Shown piece after piece: positions 17,268-26,689 of a DNA stretch of 64,000 nucleotides (position 1 is the first letter of the stretch; each line of letters begins with the position of its first letter). The stretch is from the NCBI GenBank assembly GCA_963832165.1, contig CAWHTE010000011.1:352001-416000 (forward strand). The letters are read 5' to 3'. Position numbers and translations under genes: made by a program. The stretch comes from an uncultured delta proteobacterium (GTDB lineage: Bacteria; Myxococcota_A; UBA9160; SMWR01). A model generated the notes under the pieces. It did not search any database. It had not been told where the DNA came from and saw only the letters and a program-made list of their open reading frames with translations.

Positions 17268-20200
17268 ATGGCCGGCAAGAGAGGTACGACTCGCGCCCCG
17301 CGAATCTCCGGCAGGAAGCGAAAACCTGCCCCCCAGAAGGCGAGTGAGGGCGCGCCGAAGCAGCCCGGTTCGGGCCCCGTTTTCACCGGGTCCGTTTCGG
17401 CGCGCGCACCGGACACGGGGCCTCTGATCGTCGGAGTTGGAGGTTCGGCCGGTTCGCTCTCGCCGCTGCGCGAGTTCCTTGCAGCGATCCCCGCGGACTG
17501 CGGCATCGCATTCGTCGTCGTGAGCCACCAGGCCTCCGCGGGTCACAGCTTGCTCCCTGGGATCCTCGCGAAGTGCACCGAGATGACGGTGCGCGAGATC
17601 GGCGAGGAGACCCGCGTCGAACCGAATCACGTCTACGTCGAGTCGCACGGGCACCCTGTGGCGATTCGAGGCGGGATGTTGAGCCTCGAGCCGATCGCCG
17701 TGCGCAGCGTTCCGCATCTGCCGATCGATCTGTTCTTCCGCGCGCTCGCCCGCGATCAGGGGCGCCACGCCGCCGGCATCGTGCTCTCCGGAACCGGAAC
17801 CGATGGCACGCTGGGTCTCGCAGCGATCCGCGCAGCATCCGGCCTCTCCCTGGTGCAGGATCCCGCGACCGCCGAGTTCGATGGAATGCCGGTCAGCGCT
17901 ATCCAAGCACACGCAGCGGACTTCGTCCTATCGCCGGCGGAAATGCGAGCGCGCCTGCTCGTCCATCGGGATGGGCTCGCCTCGCTGGCGCGCCCAGACG
18001 GCGCGCCCGAGTTCGCAAGCAGCGAGATCGAGAGGGTCCTCGCGGTGATGCGCCATCGCGCAGGCCGCGATTTCTCCGAATACAAGCACGCAACGCTGGC
18101 TCGCCGCATCGCGCGGAGAATGCATCTCCGCGGTATCGACGGCGTGGAGGCGTACGCGCGTTTCCTGGATCAGAGCGACGCCGAGGTCGATGCCCTCTGG
18201 CATGACTGGCTGATCGGGGTCAGCAGCTTTTTTCGCGACCCGGAAGTCTTCCAGGCACTGGAGGCCGCGCTTCCGGACCTGCTCGCCGGGCGCGAAGACG
18301 GCTCTCCGCTGCGGATCTGGGTCCCGGGTTGTGCGACCGGTGAAGAGGCCTATTCACTCGTCATCGTCCTGCTCGAGGTCCTGACAAGGCTGGAGATGCA
18401 CCTGGAAGTGCAGGTGTTCGCTACGGACCTCAACCCCGCAGCGATCCAGGTCGCCCGTGCGGGGCGCTATGCCGAGGGCATCGCGGTGGATGTCGGCGAA
18501 CAGCGCCTCGACCGGTTCTTCTCGAGAGAAGGCGAGCTCCATCGCGTCAAGAAGGAGGTGCGCGATCTCGTGGTCTTCGCGGTTCAAGACGCCCTGCGCG
18601 ACCCGCCCTTTACCCGCGTAGATCTCGTGTCGTGCCGGAACTTCCTGATCTATTTGGAGCCCAGCGCGCAGCGGCGCCTGTTCGGGTCCTTCCACTACAG
18701 CCTGACTCCTGGAGGACTGCTTCTGCTCGGTTCATCCGAGAGCGTCACCGGCTCCGAGTCGTTCTTCGCGCCGCTCGACGGACATTGCAAGATCTTCCGG
18801 CGCAACGACGCTACCGCGCGGCAGCCGACGTTGCGCTTTCCGGCAACACACGGCGCGTACCTAGACGCTGCGGCGGGCGCTCCCTCCGTCGGTGCAAAGA
18901 CCGATCTGGCAAGCCCGCTGCGCAGGGCGCTGGCGGAGCGCTTCGGTCCGCCGGCCGTGCTCGTCGACGAGCGGGGACAGATCCAGCAGATCCATGGGCG
19001 CGTGGGTGCCTACCTCGAGCTGCCAGCGGGGCGAGTCAACGTGAACATCGTCGACATGGCGAGGGAAGGTCTCCGGGCACCGCTTGCCTCGGCGCTTCGC
19101 GAGGCGATCGAAACGGATGGCCAGGTCGCAGAGCGAAGCGTCCGCGTTCTCGTCGAAGGAGACCGGCTCGCGTTGCATGTGAAAGTGGCGCGGCTGCTCG
19201 AGCCGGGCCTCGTGCCACGGCTGTTCCTCGTCTCGTTCGAGCCGGCGGAACGCGGCGCACGGCAGCGCGCGCGGAAGAGCGAGCCGATCGCCGGGGCACG
19301 CAGGGGTCGAGGCGGGGTGAAGCTGGAGGAGGAGCTCCGGAATACGCGGAACGACCTACAAGGCAGCATCGACGAGCTCCAGGCGGCGAACGAGGAGCTG
19401 GCCTCCGCGAACGAAGAAGCGCAATCGGCGAACGAGGAGCTTCAGAGCACGAACGAAGAGCTCCAGACTGCCAAGGAGGAGACGCAATCGCTCAACGAGG
19501 AGCTCCATACCGTGAATGCAGAGCTCACGGAGAAACTCGAAAACTTCCAGCGGGCGACCGACGACCTGCTGAATCTGATGAACAACATCGAGATCGCCAC
19601 CATCTTCCTGGACGAACAGCTGCGGGTGAAGCGCTTCACGCCGCAGGCGCGCAATGTCGCGCGCCTGATCGACGCCGATATCGGGCGTCCGCTGGCCGAC
19701 CTGGCCACAGTCCTCGACTACCCCGACCTTCTGTCGGACGCGGCGAGCGTGATCGAGACCCTTCACGCTTCGGAGACGCAGGCGGCCGCTCCCGGCGGAA
19801 GCTGGTACCTCGTGCGAATCCGGCCCTATCGCACCGCGCGAAACACCGCCCAGGGCGTCGTCATAACATTCGTCGACATCACGGATGCGAAGCGCACTGA
19901 ACGCCTCCAGGCGGCGCGCGTGCTGGCGGAGAGCATCGTGGATGCGGTGCGCGAGCCCTTCCTGGTCCTGGACGGCAGGCTGCGCGTCGTGCGGGCGAAC
20001 CGCGCCTACTACCGGGCGTTCAGGGTCGAGCCGGAGCAGACCGACGGCCGGCTGATTGGAGAGCTCGGAAGTCAGCAGTGGAGCATCCCGATGCTGCGCG
20101 AGCGCCTGGAGAAGGCCCTGCAAGAGGGCACCGGCTTCGACGACTTCGAAGTGGAGCGTGAGTTTCCCCACCTCGGACGACGCAGGATGCTGTTGAACGC

Positions 20201-20312
20201 TCGACCGTTGTCGCCCGAGGATGGCACGGCCGCCGAGCTCGTCTTGCTCGGGATCCAGGAGCTCGGTGGGTCGCAGGCGGAGACGCCGAGAAGCGAGGGA
20301 GGGCGCCAATGA
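17268..20312 (+). CDS. CheB methylesterase-CheR methyltransferase fusion with coiled coil and PAS domains
   Basis: CheB motifs GGSAG, VSH, LSGTGTDG; CheR motifs FFRDPE, WVPGCATGEEAYS, FATD, SCRNFLIY; EELQSTNEELQTAKEE coil; C-terminal PAS domains. Confidence 0.92.
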   Translation: MAGKRGTTRAPRISGRKRKPAPQKASEGAPKQPGSGPVFTGSVSARAPDTGPLIVGVGGSAGSLSPLREFLAAIPADCGIAFVVVSHQASAGHSLLPGILAKCTEMTVREIGEETRVEPNHVYVESHGHPVAIRGGMLSLEPIAVRSVPHLPIDLFFRALARDQGRHAAGIVLSGTGTDGTLGLAAIRAASGLSLVQDPATAEFDGMPVSAIQAHAADFVLSPAEMRARLLVHRDGLASLARPDGAPEFASSEIERVLAVMRHRAGRDFSEYKHATLARRIARRMHLRGIDGVEAYARFLDQSDAEVDALWHDWLIGVSSFFRDPEVFQALEAALPDLLAGREDGSPLRIWVPGCATGEEAYSLVIVLLEVLTRLEMHLEVQVFATDLNPAAIQVARAGRYAEGIAVDVGEQRLDRFFSREGELHRVKKEVRDLVVFAVQDALRDPPFTRVDLVSCRNFLIYLEPSAQRRLFGSFHYSLTPGGLLLLGSSESVTGSESFFAPLDGHCKIFRRNDATARQPTLRFPATHGAYLDAAAGAPSVGAKTDLASPLRRALAERFGPPAVLVDERGQIQQIHGRVGAYLELPAGRVNVNIVDMAREGLRAPLASALREAIETDGQVAERSVRVLVEGDRLALHVKVARLLEPGLVPRLFLVSFEPAERGARQRARKSEPIAGARRGRGGVKLEEELRNTRNDLQGSIDELQAANEELASANEEAQSANEELQSTNEELQTAKEETQSLNEELHTVNAELTEKLENFQRATDDLLNLMNNIEIATIFLDEQLRVKRFTPQARNVARLIDADIGRPLADLATVLDYPDLLSDAASVIETLHASETQAAAPGGSWYLVRIRPYRTARNTAQGVVITFVDITDAKRTERLQAARVLAESIVDAVREPFLVLDGRLRVVRANRAYYRAFRVEPEQTDGRLIGELGSQQWSIPMLRERLEKALQEGTGFDDFEVEREFPHLGRRRMLLNARPLSPEDGTAAELVLLGIQELGGSQAETPRSEGGRQ

Positions 20313-21539
20313 GCTCCAGGAGCCACAGATCGCGGCCGCCCGACTCGCTCCGCGTGCTCGCCGATCAGCGGATGGCGGAGACAGCACCCGTCGATCTGGA
20401 GCGCCTCACGCCGAACGAGATCCAGGCCCTCATCTATGAGCTGGAGCTTCACAAGATCGAGTTGAAGATCCAGAACGAGCAGCTCTGGGAGGCGCAGCGA
20501 GCGACAGAGGTATCCAACGAGCGCTTTCGCCGTCTCTACGATGCGGCTCCGACCGGCTACCTGACGCTCGATTTCGACGGGATGATCGTCGAGGCGAACC
20601 TATCTATTTCCGTCATCCTGAAGACTTCGCGCCAACACCTGATCGGGAGAAAGCTTTCGGAGTTCGTCGTTGCGAATTGCCAGGATCGCTGGCATCTCGC
20701 GCGGCGTGATCTGATCGAGGGCCGGACGCGCAAGGATCTCATGCTGGAGATCGCGCCGGCCGACGGAAGTGCTGTCGACCTCCAGATCGTGGGCACGTCG
20801 GCGGCCGCTACCGAAGCCACGCCGAGAGAGATCCATCTCGTTCTGATCGACGTGACGGAGCAGCACAGGACGGAGCGCGCGTTGCAGGCTGCCGTGGTGG
20901 CGGCGACCCTGGCCGAAGAGAGGGAGCGCCGCAAGCTGGCGGCAGATCTGCACGACGACGCCGGCCAGCTGCTCTCGCTAGCGTCGCTCAAGCTGAACGC
21001 GTTAGGCGAAGCCCGCGAGGTGGAGCGGGGTGCCCGGATGGCCGAGCTGGAGGATCTGCTCGTGGTGATCCGCCGCCGGATCTCTTCGCTGAGCTTCCAG
21101 CTGAGCCCTCCGCTGCTTCACGATGTCGGGCTGATCGCGGCCCTCCAGTGGCTCGCAGAGGATCTGGAGGCCAGCCATGGCCTCTCGGTGAAGATCATCG
21201 AGGAGCATGAGTTGGACCTCGATGAGAACTCGCGCGTCACGTTCTACCGGGCGATTCGCGAGCTGCTCCTCAACGTGGTGAAGCACTCAGGTGTCAAGGA
21301 GACCCGCATCCGGGTGTCACGGGAGGGAGCGATGGCGCGGATTGCCGTGGAGGACGGTGGTGTCGGTATGCCCCCGAGAGCCAAGCGCCCGCGGCTTCGG
21401 ACTGCTGGCGCTGCGCGAGCGAGTGGAGCAGCTGGGCGGGTCGCTCGAAACCCGCAGCACTCCGGGCAGCGGAACCACGGTCGTGGTCAGCCTTCCGATC
21501 CGTCTCTCCCTACCCAACCTCGAAGGGGGTGCAAGATGA
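20309..21539 (+). CDS. PAS sensor histidine kinase (HisKA_3), frameshifted near 21390
   Basis: EERERRKLAADLHDDAGQ, ELLLNVVKHS, VEDGGVG; the conserved end GFGLLALRERVEQLGG...GTTV lies in another frame ending at 21539. Confidence 0.85.
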
Positions 21540-22183
21540 TGACCCGTATTCTGCTCGTGGACGATCATGAGTTGATGCGCGAGGGATTGCGCTCGATTCT
21601 CGAGGGCGAAGCCAACGTCGAGATCGTCGGCGAAGCCTCGAGCGGCCGCGAGGCCGTGGTGCTCTCGCGCACGCTCGAACCGGACGTGGTGGTCATGGAC
21701 GTGGGCATGAGCGATCTGAACGGAATCGATGCCACCCTGCAGATTCGACGCGAGTTCCCCGACGTCCAGGTGATTGCACTCTCGAGCCATTCGGACAGCC
21801 GCTATGTGAGTGCCATACTCGAGGCGGGCGCATGCGGCTACGTGCTCAAGGCGAACGCCTACGCCGACCTTCGCAAAGCGCTGCAAGCTGCCCGGCAGGG
21901 GAAGAACTACCTCTGCGCGGAGGTCACGAAGGGGGTGGTGGACGCCTCCCTCCACGGACCTCGGAACGGAGTCGACCCGTCCGTGCTCTCCCCGCGCGAG
22001 AGAGAGGTTCTGCAGCTGCTGGCCGAAGGCCAGAGCTCTCCGCGGATCGGGAAGCGCCTGTTCATCGCCACCAGCACGGTCGAGACCCACCGGCGCAGCA
22101 TCATGCGCAAACTCGAGATCCACAGCGTCGCGGATTTGACGAAGTGGGCGATTCGCGAAGGGCTGACTCAACTCGAAGCGTGA
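21536..22183 (+). CDS. NarL/LuxR family response regulator
   Basis: ILLVDDH, DVVVMDVGM, GYVLK, LSPREREVLQLLAEG...TVETHRRSIMRKL; ATGA overlap with the kinase stop. Confidence 0.92.
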   Translation: MMTRILLVDDHELMREGLRSILEGEANVEIVGEASSGREAVVLSRTLEPDVVVMDVGMSDLNGIDATLQIRREFPDVQVIALSSHSDSRYVSAILEAGACGYVLKANAYADLRKALQAARQGKNYLCAEVTKGVVDASLHGPRNGVDPSVLSPREREVLQLLAEGQSSPRIGKRLFIATSTVETHRRSIMRKLEIHSVADLTKWAIREGLTQLEA

Positions 22184-22226
22184 ACCCGGCCCGGTCGACG
22201 ACCGAATCCGCGCTTCCGCAGCGCGT

Positions 22227-22246
22227 TATCCGCAGATCCGGGGATA
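22227..22246 (+). promoter_or_regulatory. 20-bp palindromic operator, copy 10
   Basis: TATCCGCAGATCCGGGGATA; weak -10-like GACCCT at 22268-22273 (21-bp spacer). Confidence 0.7.
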
Positions 22247-22305
22247 GCGACGGCGGGGACGGTGACGGACCCTGCTCCCTGTGGGAAGCCTGGACGGGGG
22301 GGGGC

Positions 22306-23091
22306 ATGACCGCTTTCGATGTCACGACGCAGATCGTCCCGGCGGACGGCTACATGGCGCTCAGCGCTCCCGCGCAGCGCGCGAATGCCGAGCTCCAGGC
22401 GTCGACGCGCTCCAAGGACGAGTTCCTGGCGATGCTCGGTCACGAGCTGCGCGGCTCGCTGTCGGCCGTCCGGAACGCAGTCGCCTGGGTCCGGCTCGAC
22501 AGCAGATCCGAGCGAGCCCTCGACATCGCGTGGCGGCAGACGGAGCGGCTCAATCGGCTGATCGAAGACCTCCTCGACGTCACGCAGATCGCGCAGGGTT
22601 GCTTCCGGCTGAACACGCAGCGTGTCGCTCTAATGGAGATCATCGCGCACGCGGTGGAGACGACGCGTTTCATCGTCGAGGATCGCGGTCACACGCTGAC
22701 GGTGTCGCTGCCGGCCGACAGCGTGCGCGTCGATGGCGATCCACTGCGCCTCGAGCAGATCGTCGTGAATTTGGTCAGCAACGCCGCGAAGTACACGGAG
22801 CCTGGCGGATGTATCGAGCTGATCGTGGAGCGCCACGACGCGGAGGCCGTGGTTCGGGTCCGGGACAGCGGGATCGGGATCTCGCCGGACATGCTGCCGA
22901 GGATCTTCGACCTCTTTGTCCAGGAGAAGCGCACGCTCGAGCACGCGCAGGCTGGGCTCGGCATCGGGCTCGCGGTGGTGCGAAGCCTCGTCGCGCTGCA
23001 CGACGGTCGGGTCGAGGCTCGCAGCGAGGGGCTCGGGAAGGGAGCGGAGTTCGTCGTGCATCTGCCCGCCGTCGCTGACAGTGGAATCTGA
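22306..23091 (+). CDS. Histidine kinase (HisKA + HATPase) lacking a sensor domain
   Basis: KDEFLAMLGHELR, NLVSNAAKYT, VRDSGIGI, GLGIGL. Confidence 0.85.
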   Translation: MTAFDVTTQIVPADGYMALSAPAQRANAELQASTRSKDEFLAMLGHELRGSLSAVRNAVAWVRLDSRSERALDIAWRQTERLNRLIEDLLDVTQIAQGCFRLNTQRVALMEIIAHAVETTRFIVEDRGHTLTVSLPADSVRVDGDPLRLEQIVVNLVSNAAKYTEPGGCIELIVERHDAEAVVRVRDSGIGISPDMLPRIFDLFVQEKRTLEHAQAGLGIGLAVVRSLVALHDGRVEARSEGLGKGAEFVVHLPAVADSGI

Positions 23092-23202
23092 AGTGGGGTC
23101 GCGAATCCTCGGCTTTGATCCGCGTTCTCCGTGGGATCGACGATGGGAGCGGGTCTCGCATCGCGGTAGGTTCGAATCGGGAACAGGTCCGAGGGACGAA
23201 GC

Positions 23203-23328
23203 ATGTTCGAAACGATCGCAATCGATCTGGCGGTCTTGTGGCTTTTGAGTCGTCTCCTCTTCCGCAATCGATATTCACGTTCTCGTCGTGATCTGCCCTC
23301 ATCGCGCTCAACGGATGTGACCCGCTGA
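23203..23328 (+). pseudogene. Degenerate tandem copy of the lmo0937-family gene
   Basis: MFETIAIDLAVLWLL versus MLETIAIILVALWLL, after which the frame is lost. Confidence 0.6.
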
Positions 23329-23363
23329 AATCGGAGGGGGGTTCACAATCGAAAGGACACAGC

Positions 23364-23519
23364 ATGCTCGAAACCATCGCAATCATCCTGGTGGCCCTGT
23401 GGCTTCTGGGCTTCGTCTCGTCCTACACGATGGGAGGATTCATTCACGCCCTGCTCGTGCTTGCCGTCGTGGTGATCGCGGTCCGCGTGATTCAAGGACG
23501 ACGCATCACCCTCACGTGA
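23364..23519 (+). CDS. lmo0937 family (DUF5670) small membrane protein, 51 aa
   Basis: Not in the ORF track. MLETIAIILVALWLLGFVSSYTMGGFIHALLVLAVVVIAVRVIQGRRITLT*; RBS AAGGA. Confidence 0.85.
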   Translation: MLETIAIILVALWLLGFVSSYTMGGFIHALLVLAVVVIAVRVIQGRRITLT

Positions 23520-23542
23520 CCCGGACGCGGACTCAATAATCG

Positions 23543-24325
23543 CTAGTCGGGCCGGCGACCCGAGGCGACCCAGCACTCGAAGGTCAGGAAGCCGCTGGCG
23601 GGGTCGCGCAGCGCTGCGGTGAGCGCGTCGAGATCGGCGGGCTCGAGCCAGCCGGTCGCGAGCAGGCGCTCGCGGAGCTGTTCGATGCTCTGTGCGATGA
23701 AGCCCGGGAAGCCATCGTCGGCTCCGAGCACGTACTCGCGGAACGCGCGCGCGCGAACGTCGACGAGGCCGAGCTCGCGAATCCGCTGCGGAAGGCACGG
23801 CGCCCAGGCGAGATCCCATCCGTTCTGCGCCGCAGCCGACAGGAACGCCATCGCGTAGCGGTCGAATCGCTCGCGTTCCTGGAACGCCACGGGCGGCGCG
23901 CCTCCCGAGTCGAACTCGATCAAGAGGCCCCTCGGCTTCAGCGCGCGCGCGAGCTTCTCGAGCACGCGCTCGCGCTCGGGCAGGTGCTGGAGCAGGAAGC
24001 GGGTGTGTACGAGATCGAACTCGCGTTCGGGGAGCGCCTCCTGCACGACGTCGGCGCGCCAGACCTCGAGGTTCGCTGCGCCGAGCTTTTCGATGAACCG
24101 CGTGTCGGCGTCGACCGCCACTACCGATCCGCGTGGCCCCACGCGATCGCAGAGCCACTGCGCCATCGATCCGCCACCCGCGCCTACGTCGAGACAGCGC
24201 CAGCCCGGCTGCACGCCGTGCTCCTCGAAGATGCGGATCGAGTGCGGGTCGAGCCACGCCTCGATCTTCGCGAGCCGCGCGCGCTCGCCCTCCCAGGACG
24301 CGTCGAAGGAGTAGCCCGACGGCAT
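23543..24325 (-). CDS. Class I SAM-dependent methyltransferase
   Basis: CLDVGAGGG, FDLVHTRFLLQH, LKPRG. Confidence 0.88.
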   Translation of the reverse strand: MPSGYSFDASWEGERARLAKIEAWLDPHSIRIFEEHGVQPGWRCLDVGAGGGSMAQWLCDRVGPRGSVVAVDADTRFIEKLGAANLEVWRADVVQEALPEREFDLVHTRFLLQHLPERERVLEKLARALKPRGLLIEFDSGGAPPVAFQERERFDRYAMAFLSAAAQNGWDLAWAPCLPQRIRELGLVDVRARAFREYVLGADDGFPGFIAQSIEQLRERLLATGWLEPADLDALTAALRDPASGFLTFECWVASGRRPD

Positions 24326-24364
24326 GGTCGCCTCCGTGCAGAGATCCTACCCGGTGCCGCGCGG

Positions 24365-25237
24365 TCAGCGCACGAGCCCGGCGCGATAATCGGCATAGCG
24401 CGGCGCCCACGAGAGCGCCTCGCGCGCGCGCGCGTTGCGGACCCGGAACGACGGAAAGCCGGCCGCGCCACCCGGCTTCGGCTCGGGCGCGCGGCAGAGG
24501 CCCGCGACGTAGAAAAACACATCGCGCCAGCGCGCCGGGTGGTCGTCGGCGACGATCAGCGCGCTTTGCTTTGGCCAGCGCTCGATCGCCGCGCTCGTCG
24601 CCTCGGCCATGTCCGCGATGTGGACCAACGAGACGAAGTCGCTGCCGTCGCCGGGCAGGCGCAGCTTGCCCGCGACTGCGCGCGCAAACCAATCGTCGTC
24701 GAAGCCGGTGCCCGGCCCGTAGAAGAGCCCGCCGCGCAGGATCAGCCACTCGAGACCCGAGCGCTGCACCGCGTCCTCCATCGCGCGCGCGGCGGCGATC
24801 GCGCGCGACGCGATGCTGTCCTCGGTCGGCGCGTAGACGGTGTCCTCGTCCGACCACGCCTCCCCACCGGACGCGTTCACCATCGCGATGCTCTGCTGGA
24901 GGATCCGGGCGACCCCTGCGCTCCTGCAGGCCTCGACCCAGATCGGCGTTCCATCGCGCCGCAGCCGGTCGTTCGCGTCCCAGTCGCCTCGTCCGCTCGG
25001 GCCCGGAAGCGAGGTCGCGAGGTTCACGCCGACGTCGCAGCCCTTCAACGCGACGTGCAGCGACGCGCCGTCGAAGATGTCGGCGACGTGGATCTCGGCT
25101 CCGCAGGCCGCTGCGGCGGCCGCGGCATCCGGACGCCGCACGAGCGCGCGGACGCGGACCCCGCTCGTTGTGAGACGCGGGAGCAGATGGCGCCCGTAGA
25201 CGCCCGTCGCACCGAGAACCGCAACTGTCAGCGCCAT
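24365..25237 (-). CDS. NAD-dependent epimerase/dehydratase family protein
   Basis: VLGATGVYG, ILRGGLFYGPG, VHIADMA. Confidence 0.82.
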   Translation of the reverse strand: MALTVAVLGATGVYGRHLLPRLTTSGVRVRALVRRPDAAAAAAACGAEIHVADIFDGASLHVALKGCDVGVNLATSLPGPSGRGDWDANDRLRRDGTPIWVEACRSAGVARILQQSIAMVNASGGEAWSDEDTVYAPTEDSIASRAIAAARAMEDAVQRSGLEWLILRGGLFYGPGTGFDDDWFARAVAGKLRLPGDGSDFVSLVHIADMAEATSAAIERWPKQSALIVADDHPARWRDVFFYVAGLCRAPEPKPGGAAGFPSFRVRNARAREALSWAPRYADYRAGLVR

Positions 25238-25275
25238 CGAACTCCTCGCTGCGCGTCGCTCAGCAGCCTGTTCGG

Positions 25276-25779
25276 CTAGTCGCGAACGAGATCGTTGCGC
25301 GCACCGATCACCACCGCCGCCCACTTCGCCGTCCCCGGACCGCGGTTGTGCCAGCGATGACGCGTCCCGTTCTGCACGACGATATCGCCCGGCCCGAGCA
25401 GGACCTCTTCGCCGTCGAGCTCGAGGCCGATCGTGCCCTCGAGCACGATGTCGAAGTCGATCGACGCCGTGCGGTGCATGCCGGGTTGCTCCGGATCGGC
25501 GTACTTCGCGAGCGCCGTAGTGACGAACTCGTCGAAATCGGTCGAGGCGCCGGGCGGGAGCTCGGTGACCGACGCGCGACACCCTCCCGGCGGCGGGAAC
25601 GGGCTCGTGATCTGCGGCTGCGCTCCGTCGTCGGGGAAACGCGCGACATCATCGCGACCCCAGACCAGATAGACGGCGCCGTCGTGGCTGCCGAACGGGA
25701 TTCGCGGTGCCTGCTCGTCGGCGGCAGCGACGCTGCGCCCCTCGCTGTCGTGACCCGTCACGAGTCGTCGTACCGGCAT
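25276..25779 (-). CDS. Cupin domain protein
   Basis: RRLVTGHD, MHRTASIDF, GDIVVQNGTRHRWHN. Confidence 0.85.
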   Translation of the reverse strand: MPVRRLVTGHDSEGRSVAAADEQAPRIPFGSHDGAVYLVWGRDDVARFPDDGAQPQITSPFPPPGGCRASVTELPPGASTDFDEFVTTALAKYADPEQPGMHRTASIDFDIVLEGTIGLELDGEEVLLGPGDIVVQNGTRHRWHNRGPGTAKWAAVVIGARNDLVRD

Positions 25780-25786
25780 CTCCCCC

Positions 25787-26689
25787 TCAAGGAATGGGTT
25801 TCACCTCGACCGTCACTTCGACCGTGTGCGAGCCGCCGCCGAGCGTGACGCCCTTCACGGGCGAGACGTCGTCGTAGTCGCGGCCCCACGCGAGCACGAT
25901 GTGGCGATCGCTCGGCACGAGGTCGTTGGTCGGGTCGACCTCGATCCAGCCGAGGTTGGGACACCAGACTGCGACCCACGCGTGCGAAGCCTCGGAGCCC
26001 ACGAGATCGCCCTCTGCGCGCGGCTTCTTTTCGGGTTTGGCCTTGCGGCGCGACCGGAGATAGCCGCTCACGTAACGCGCGGGCAGGCCGAGCGAGCGCA
26101 GACCGCCGATCATCACGTGCGCGTAGTCCTGACACACACCGTGTCGCTCGCGCAGCGCGTCCTCGACGGGCGTGTCGAGCGTAGTGGCTTCGGGGTCGTA
26201 GCGGAACTCCGCATGGATCCGGTGCGCAAAGTCGAGCACGGCCTCCGCGAGCGGGCGCTTCGGCGTGAACGAGGGCCGCGCGTAGGCCGCGAGAGCCTCG
26301 CTCGCGGCCACGAACGGCGAGTCGAGCACGAACTCGAACGCCTCGAGCGTTGCGGGCGTGCGCGGCAGCCGCACGGCTTCCGCAACCTCCTCCCACGGCG
26401 CCGAGCGCTTCGCCTCGAAGCGCGGCGTCGGCTCGAGCGCGACATCGCTCTCGGTGCGGATCGTGAGCTCGCGGTGCGCGGTCTGGAGGTTGAAGAACAC
26501 GACGTCGTTGCCGAAGTAGTCCTTGTGCCAGCGGACGCTGTCGGGCGCCGGATCGATCCGAAGCTGGATGTGGCTCGGCGTCTGCCGGGGGTCGAGCGCG
26601 CGCGGCAGCAGGTGTGCCTCGTTGTGCGAGCTGACCACGTCGCCGGCGTAGACGTATTTGGTCTCGTGGACCACGTGATAGGCGGTCAC
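25787..26689 (-). CDS. Transglutaminase-family protein
   Basis: YHVVHET, GVCQDYAH, ARYVSGYL, ASHAW, DPTN, GRDYDDVSP; GTG start overlaps the upstream stop. Confidence 0.9.
   Translation of the reverse strand: MTAYHVVHETKYVYAGDVVSSHNEAHLLPRALDPRQTPSHIQLRIDPAPDSVRWHKDYFGNDVVFFNLQTAHRELTIRTESDVALEPTPRFEAKRSAPWEEVAEAVRLPRTPATLEAFEFVLDSPFVAASEALAAYARPSFTPKRPLAEAVLDFAHRIHAEFRYDPEATTLDTPVEDALRERHGVCQDYAHVMIGGLRSLGLPARYVSGYLRSRRKAKPEKKPRAEGDLVGSEASHAWVAVWCPNLGWIEVDPTNDLVPSDRHIVLAWGRDYDDVSPVKGVTLGGGSHTVEVTVEVKPIP

Noticed and set aside
20309..22183. 624-aa kinase-response regulator fusion in the ORF track
   Set aside because: The linker is out-of-frame sequence. The conserved HATPase end lies in another frame and stops at an ATGA overlap with the regulator start, so a single indel explains it.
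1199..22246. The 20-bp palindromes as a CRISPR array or REP family
   Set aside because: They are dispersed, degenerate and lack spacers, and they always sit at fixed distance from -10-like boxes on the 5' side of genes, which fits operators.
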